Positions 56,902 to 64,000 of a stretch of DNA of 64,000 nt are shown one piece after another. Each line of letters starts with the position of its first letter. The first letter of the stretch is position 1. The notes under the pieces are model-generated. The model did no database searches. It had not been told where the DNA came from and worked only from the letters and a program-made list of their open reading frames with translations. This DNA comes from Polymyxa betae A26-41 (taxonomy: Eukaryota; Protista; Endomyxa: Phytomyxea). The DNA is taken from the NCBI GenBank assembly GCA_003693705.1, contig RBZT01000125.1, positions 248,001 through 312,000 of the forward strand, read 5' to 3'. Position numbers and translations under genes: made by a program.

Positions 56902-59064
56902 TGGTAATCAGATCCGGCAAGACCCTCCGTCGAGGGGAATCTCTTTGATATTTAACTACCACAAGGGAGACAGACCAAAAGGCTGGTTCGTGGAAGCAGA
57001 AGTTTCGGGAGTGAGAGATAGAGAGCGCGCAAATTGAATGGGGAGCCCCCTGCACCATTCTGTAACAGATCTTATCACATATTTATACCCATAGCTAGAG
57101 ACATGTAGTATCTCAATCTTGTCCAGGACCGGGAGTCGAGCGTGCCAATGTTTCCCCAAAAACAATATTCTCGAGTCGATGGAGACATTCCGTGTTCCAT
57201 TGGTCAATGTTGGGGATCCCGCTTTCTCTATGACGAGATATTTGGGTGATTCTAGGCCTCTTTTAACGCGGAAAATATACAAGAGAAAATCGATGGTCAT
57301 AAAGATAGTTGCCCAGTATTCGTAGATAAAAAAATGATATTGAACATATCTCGGTTATAAGGTATGGGAGGTACCAAAATGTCCAAATTCTTAGACCTTG
57401 CGCTTTGAACGATGCTGTGTGATCTTTACATCAACAGAAATGAGTCAAATTCAATTTGATCCAAAAACTGAGACCGCAAAGGGGTATCTAGTGTTTATAA
57501 CGTAAAGTGATTCTGTGTGATAATAGGCTGTCTAATAAGCCCCGAACCCTGGACTAGTACCCACATTTTGAAGTAAGACCCTCGATTCTAGAAATGTATG
57601 CCCGAGGATTCGCGATTGAAAGACTTATATAAACCTTGGTATATCCAGTCGTTTACAGTAAGTACCAAGGAGTTGATAATGTTCTGCTTAGCAAATGGCT
57701 CGATATATTTTCAAGAGGCAGCCTATCAACTTCAGCTATACCTCATTTCGTGGTTCATTTGTCTTAGGGTTCAGGGTTCCTTCCAGCTAGAAAGCAGTTA
57801 TGCTCGTTATGATTCTCAATGCTGAGTAACCAAGAATGTTGATTAAAAACCCTGGACCCTGATTATAATTAGCATACTCTTATTACCAGAATTATTGTAC
57901 TTAGCTGGATTGGAGATTATCCACTCTACACAACTTCAGTTTTGCCTCTTTGCAACCAAGGGCCCGAAATTTTCACCTCTTTTTTAGCTGTCGGGCGTGA
58001 GAATGAAAGCCCATGTTATGACACTTGCAGCGCCTTGTTTCCTCAATTACGTCCAGGATTACTGAAAAATCCCAGAAGATATTTCGCAAAGGAAATATCT
58101 CTTGAAGGCAACTTTTCCGGATGCATTCACGTCTGGACCCTTCCAGGAGCGAATGAAGAAGTGGTTTACAGGACGACAAACCCATCTCGAACCATTCAAG
58201 CAAAACTGCTTATCTCCAGTCGTTTCAAGTGGTAATGATTATACTTGATGCCTCGAACACTTTTTTCATTGTCTAATCCACTGCAGACCCATCAGTTATT
58301 AATTTGCAATTATACCGGAAACTTCGGGAAGGTGAATTCTCTGACGATACCGCTTTCCAGGTATGTTGATGCTTCTGATGAGGAATCTTTCCTTAGAAAG
58401 ATATCTGCTTCCAGGTCAGAGAGCCTCGCGAAATCCCAGGATTAGCACAGAATTCAAGCAACCCACGTCTATTGTCTTCCACTGTCCCATCAAGTAGCAG
58501 ATGGGCGTCACAACGTTGTCAAATCATCGAGCAATGGATTGCAGAAAGGCTATCGAGCTCGAAAACCAGTCGCGTCCAGTTGGCCGTCCAGTTTTTTCTG
58601 AATGATAATGATTCAGGTTCATTAATTTAATTGAAAAACGTCGGGTCTGAAACTTTCCAGGTGCTAAAGACAGCAAAGAGACTTCAGCTACTTCGCCCTC
58701 GAAGCCAGCTATTACGCTGTAATTGTTTTGCCATTTCCCATTATATCTTCTGATGCCAGTTTGAAGCGGGAGTCTAGCAGTATCACGCCGCCATCTTCTT
58801 TCAGCTGGATTGACTCAAAGCCACATTGACCGAATTTATCGGGCGTCGGTTATCGTTGCATTGCCAGCGTGTAGTCAGTCTGACATCTCTTCAGCCTGTA
58901 CACGTACTCGGTCGGTATCAACGAGTTATTCGCCGACATTGCTGAGAAGGGTCGCCTTGGCAAGCACCATGATTTGGCCACAAATCTCTGGAGAGTCTAT
59001 ATATCACTAATCGAGACTGTGAACTCAACTGGACATCTGACCGCCTTCAGCAGACGTAACACGA

Positions 59065-61688
59065 TTGTTGAGGGGAGGCCACGCCCATAACTCACTTTGT
59101 CGTGATTTAGTCGAATCTCGATATCGAGATGATCTGCTGGCGGTGGTTTCGAAGTCGAGCTCCCAGTTTCGTCATGCTGTCAGTGCCCTCGAACAAGCGC
59201 AGAAGGATGTGATCGGGCTGAGGGAACAATATGACCAGGAGCATAACATGGTTTTAGAGCTGATTCAGCGAATCGACCAGCTCCAGCTGGATTCGTTGGC
59301 CGGCAGGAATCGGGCTGAGAACGATAGGCTCAGATTTGAAACTGCTGCTAGCCAGCTGGAAGGAACTCGTGCCCGCCTTGCTGCCGTTCAATGCAGAACA
59401 TTTCTTGATCGCTCGCAAATACGACGCTTAACAGCACAGCTTCGGTACGTTCAAAACTGTTGGCGAGTCTTTTTATATAACGTCTTTCTTTCAGAATGTC
59501 AACCACAGAAATCGCTGATTTAATGCGGCAATTGTTGGCGGTTATAGCAGAACGTAATGAATTCAAACGACGATTTGGTTTTGCTGAAGAACAACTGCGA
59601 GTTCTGACAGAGAGACATAACATGCAAGGTCAACAGTACAATGATATTCTCATTCGATACGGACATGTATCCGATGAGTTCCATGCACTGAGTAAGTCGC
59701 ACGACATATCTGAAGCAGAATTAGATCGCGAGAGGACATCAAACCGAGATTTTCGCCAGCGTCTCAATCAAGTACAGGTCGCGCTTGAAGAATCAGCGCG
59801 ACGGTTTGACGATGTGAATAATCGCCTCATGAATGTTTCGTCACAGCTCACAGAACGTTTACGGCAGCATGACCACGACATGACTTTAATCGCATCTTTG
59901 AAAGCCGATATTGGCAGCATCTCGCTTCAGAATTTGGTCGTTACCGCGCAAACAACCGACCTGACTTCCGAATTGGAACGTTGGCAACGACAGGCTGGCG
60001 AACAACAACTAGCTTTAACAGAAGCAAGTGGCAACAGTGTTCAACTTGTCGAACAGCTTCGCGGTTGTCAAGCTTCGAATGCGGATTTAGAACAGAATCT
60101 ATCGGAAGTAAAAGAGACTTTGGCCACAGTGCAACAAGAATTAGAGACATCGCAGAATGAAGGTCGCCGACAGCGCACCCGAGTTCTGGAACTCAAGACG
60201 TCGTTAGCGCGCGCTTCCGAACAAGTCAATGAAGCTGTGGCCACTCTACATACTACCCGACGTATTAAAGACGCCAAAATTGCCGATCTCGAACAGGAAT
60301 TGGCTATCATGCAGAAAGCTGACGATGAACATCGTCTGGAAGCCATATCATCAGAAAAAACCGTTTCTCAGTTGAGATCTGAACTACGATCGCTTAAAGC
60401 ATCGCTTGACGCAGCTCAGGCGGAATTGCTCTTACATTCAGCATCATTGATTGAAACGAAAAAAGACAGAGGGTTTCTCGAACACCTAGTGGAATCTCAG
60501 AAAAATAGCATCGCTAGTCTTGAAAGGCGATTACAAGCGGCTAATAGCGAAATGAAGACGCGGGATCTGGTTCAGCTTCAAACTCAGCAATACATCGCTG
60601 ATTTGAAAAACGAGATCGAGAAACTGAACAGCTCTATCATTGCGGAACGAGGTTTCCAGCATGATATTTCACAGAAGCGCCCTTTACGTTTAAAAAGACG
60701 GCACTCCACCGGAAACATTCACACTTCTGTAAAATCGATGCATCGTACAAATTCTCTGCAGAAAATCTCAATTACTGTGAAAGGCAAAGATGAAGCAAAC
60801 AAAGGTGTTGCTTGGCAAAGCGATTCATTGATGAACATCATGGTAAGAGCTTGTCAAGAGATGCAAAACCGCTTGGAGAAACAGCAAGATAGAATCAGGC
60901 ACCTGGAGGCATCCATCGCTGAACACGACCAAAACGTTGAAGCTCCAGAGCCCAGGAGTACCAGTACCTCCTCGACCAATTTTAGCATTCTGTCCAGCAT
61001 TGAGAACATTGAAAGATCTCAAAAGAACAGAGCAAGAGCTACGTCGTTAAGTTTTTCTCAATCTACTGAAGCCGTCGTTCATGCGGAAGAATCTCCCCCC
61101 TCTTCTGTTGACGACGAAATGGAAGAACTTGACAAACTGCTGCTGAGCAGAAACGAATCCATGATGCTTAGAGACGATGAGACCCGATTTCGAAGTGGTG
61201 CAGATTCAAAAGTACTGAATTCGGTTGATCCCTCCCAGAATCGTATCGCCATATCTCGTGAACGTGCCACGATGACTGGCCTCGAAACTTTGTCAGGATG
61301 GTCTCCAACATCTGCTTCAAGTTTCGACTCTTTTGATCAGTATTCTGTACCAAAACGGAAACCTCGACAGTCATCATCAGAACTGAAAGTGGTGATGCCA
61401 ACTGAAGCTATGTCAATGCATAATGGCAATCAGGCGCTTTCAGCATTAGAGGACGCTCTGCGGGCGGTTACAACGGAACGCGCGCGTCGTGACACTAGTG
61501 GACCAATTGGAGTAAATCATAGCCGAAGAAGACAAACTGAATGGTCAGTTCGTCCAGATCAGATTCCTTCAAACGCAACAGCATCAACATGGAGCATTAT
61601 GAGAGAATCAGAACGACTGGCTGAGAGAGACCGTCGACGTCAATCGCTCGAGAAATTGACATTGTATAGACAAAACAGCCTGAAATAA
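59065..61688 (+). CDS. Large coiled-coil protein with a Ser-rich disordered C-terminus; start uncertain
   Basis: A 730-aa heptad-rich ORF joined to upstream ORF 59065-59523 by an intron near 59444-59494. Confidence 0.75.
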
Positions 61689-61832
61689 TATAGAAACGAC
61701 TTCAAATGAACATGATATTAAGCAAGTTCGATCAAAAATTGTGCAGATTCAAGATTATTTGAAGCATTCGACCGTACTATTTGTTGGAACTCCATTTTGA
61801 AGGTTTGTGTTGGTCAATGTGCCAAGCATTTT

Positions 61833-62691
61833 ATGTCCAATATTAAGATCCAACGCTGCGAACCATCAGCAGCCAAAACCAATATTGTATTTGGCGATGC
61901 TCCTCGCATTTACTCGACGAACTCTCGTTCAAGCTTTACACCGTTATCAAGGCGATGTCCTTCACGAATCTCACCTATTCTTCAATCATCGAAATCTCAA
62001 ATACGTTTAGGCGATGCTGCGGCGGAATTTTGCACAGATTCGATCGCATCTTCACATCACCGATCCTTATCAGGCTCAGCATCGACTTCAACTCTTTGGT
62101 CGCCCGATAAATCTGCTGCTGCTGCTGCAAAACTCTCGAAAGAAAAACTTTTGGAATCACATTTGCCTTGGAAAGAACCGCCTTTGTACACTACTACAAG
62201 TCGAGCAATGCCGCCAAACTTCATTCATCGCCCAATTCAAGAAGTCCATATTCGCCAAGAGACTGTGAAGTCTGGGATTAAATTTGGGGACTACGCGCCT
62301 ACATATACTACTTCATCTAATACTGCTACTAGCTTTACTGAGGGTACCATTTGGCTTAAATTTAAAAAAGTAAATTGGATGCTAAATAGTCTCAGCAAAA
62401 GCGGAATTCGGGGCCCATAACTTTTTTCGCCGAGGTTCGCGTCGCCATCGAGGTGCTGAGGCAACAACTTCTATGACTTCTAATGAAATAGCCGAGACCT
62501 CGAAGTCATTGTCGAAGATTGCAGCAAATAATAACAGGACCGGATTCGTCTTAGGATACGATTCAACCGAGTATCAATGCACGAATAGTATGTCCCGGTA
62601 TTTCGATAGATCAAAATGGGATTCGAGCGTTTCTCACAAATCTCAATCTCGGCCCCGAGACGCAAACAAAACTAATATCTGGTTTGGATAA
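61833..62691 (+). CDS. Hypothetical protein with repeated [ST]xxx[FL]G(D)...Y.T motifs (possible axonemal microtubule-inner protein)
   Basis: TNIVFGD, SQIRLGD, SGIKFGD, TGFVLGYD and TNIWFG recur across two exons. Confidence 0.5.
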
Positions 62692-62709
62692 ATAAATAAA
62701 CAAGGTTTA

Positions 62710-63590
62710 TCGTCATTCCATAGGGCAAACCAATTCGGTATGGGCCAGTTTAAAAGCGCACCTCAGTTTGAGAGTTATGGGAGCAGTCGAATGAAGTAGA
62801 ATGATTATTGGCAATACGACGCTCATTTGACATGATCATGTAGTTTTTTCAGGGTCTCGTGAATTTTCGCAATTGATAACATCGCATCGCTAATCCGATT
62901 TTTCAGTTCGATGTCGTATATTGGCTGGTCGCCCTGTAATTCGCCGCATTGCTCTCTCTCAACTCGACGTAAAGTAAAACACCTGGGCAATTTAAGTTAA
63001 CTGCAATAAGTTCCGAAAAGGGACCACAGACCGGAGATTCCTAAGCCCAAAACTACTCCAGTTTGGCGATGGCTGTTCCAAACACAGCCTCAAAGCATAA
63101 ACAGGAACTGATGGGTTGAAGTTCTCGTTGAATCTGTTTGACGGAATAGTATGGAAATATTGAGCGTCATCTTCAAAATGGGGGTTTTCCATTAGTTTAT
63201 ACGATGATAGGACAATTGTCCATTTCGACTCATTTACATCACTGATATCTGTGGTTAAATGTCAGGCAACAGAATGCCAAGTATTTGATCCATTACCGTT
63301 GTCAATTGGAGACAGTAACTGCATAATCGATAGCGAAGCACAATAAAAATTTCGAAATTTGATATGGTCGATCTGGACGGAGTTAGCCAATCGCTCGAAG
63401 CTCGTTCGATTCAGTCAGCCCTACCAGAACAGGGGCGCTGAAGCGGATTTCCTGATAGACATGGCATGGACGGGTCGCGACAGTACCATTCTGGGCCAAG
63501 ACGGTGAACGGAACCTCACATGGTTCCGTTGCCATCGTCATCCCAAGCGGTGCCTTGACGTTGATGGTACACAACGACTACCTGCTCATT
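62710..63590 (-). CDS. NICN1: Nicolin-1-like protein (tubulin polyglutamylase complex subunit); ends uncertain
   Basis: IKFRNFYCASLSI, W..VL..YKLMENPHFEDDAQ and LRLCLEQPSPNWSSF resemble conserved NICN1 blocks as I recall them. Confidence 0.72.
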
Positions 63591-63862
63591 TAAATACAGT
63601 ATAATGATGGAAGCAGAAGGCTGCTCCGCCTAGAATGTTATGTTTACAAGTAACACAAACATGACGTAGAAGCGGTCGCCTGCTTTCAGAGATCCCATTC
63701 TCCATTCAGTCCATTGATTGACTGTTGAGCGTTCATGGAACAGGAGATGACCGAAACCAGTCGGAAGGGATCTTTCTTTCGAAGTCGCGGATCGTCAGAC
63801 GTCTCATGCAGTCATAGTTTCAGCCTGTACCAATTAGTCATTGTTCGCCTTGCTGGCTCCCA

Positions 63863-64000
63863 ATGCGCCTGAAATTACACCAGCTCGACAGGAATAAGCA
63901 TGATGATATAGTAACGGCTGTCGACTGGACAGTTAGCAATGAGGCTTTATCTGTCTCAGATGATCGCAGATTGGTTCGCTGGTCTATAGATGGCTCATGC
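63863..64000 (+). CDS. IFT80: IFT80 intraflagellar transport protein, N-terminus (truncated by the window edge)
   Basis: MRLKLHQLDRNKHDDIVTAVDWTVSNEALSVSDDRRLVRW matches the IFT80 start pattern MRLK...H...V..V.W....L.S.SDD....W. Confidence 0.8.
   Translation, partial: MRLKLHQLDRNKHDDIVTAVDWTVSNEALSVSDDRRLVRWSIDGSC

Noticed and set aside
57465-57560. Helitron-like CTAG 3' terminus
   Set aside because: There is no convincing subterminal hairpin and no Rep/helicase remnant.

Overview
This is gene-dense eukaryotic DNA, roughly 45% GC by eye, with many short (about 45-60 nt) GT-AG introns. The ORF track therefore fragments most genes, and the models below were spliced by hand, so boundaries are approximate. 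The compact introns, flagellar genes (IFT80, RJL GTPase, nicolin-1) and a true lamin suggest a flagellated protist. A plasmodiophorid such as Spongospora is my guess, but this is not verified. Recognisable genes are a paladin-like triple PTP-domain protein, a RimK-family ATP-grasp ligase, two head-to-head deubiquitinases (USP2/8-like and USP7-like), insulysin, a kanadaptin-like FHA protein, a class IV sirtuin, GID4, lamin, ADA3, RCHY1/Pirh2, a CDF zinc transporter, RPL39, AADAT, RRP43, NDUFAF7, NICN1 and IFT80. Five items stand out. (1) One spliced gene joins an N-terminal membrane anchor, a long coiled-coil rod expanded by two tandem duplications, a KEN box and a catalytically dead Aurora-like kinase domain. 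(2) A helical-repeat RNA-binding-type array is spliced in frame to a complete bacterial-type RsmC methyltransferase. (3) There is a full-featured lamin with a CDK site, rod, NLS, tail domain and CaaX box. (4) A tandem pair of unannotated Myb/SANT-like genes shares an intron position. (5) Two zones show sharp GC/AT mosaicism within genes. I found no rRNA, tRNA, CRISPR array or intact transposon.
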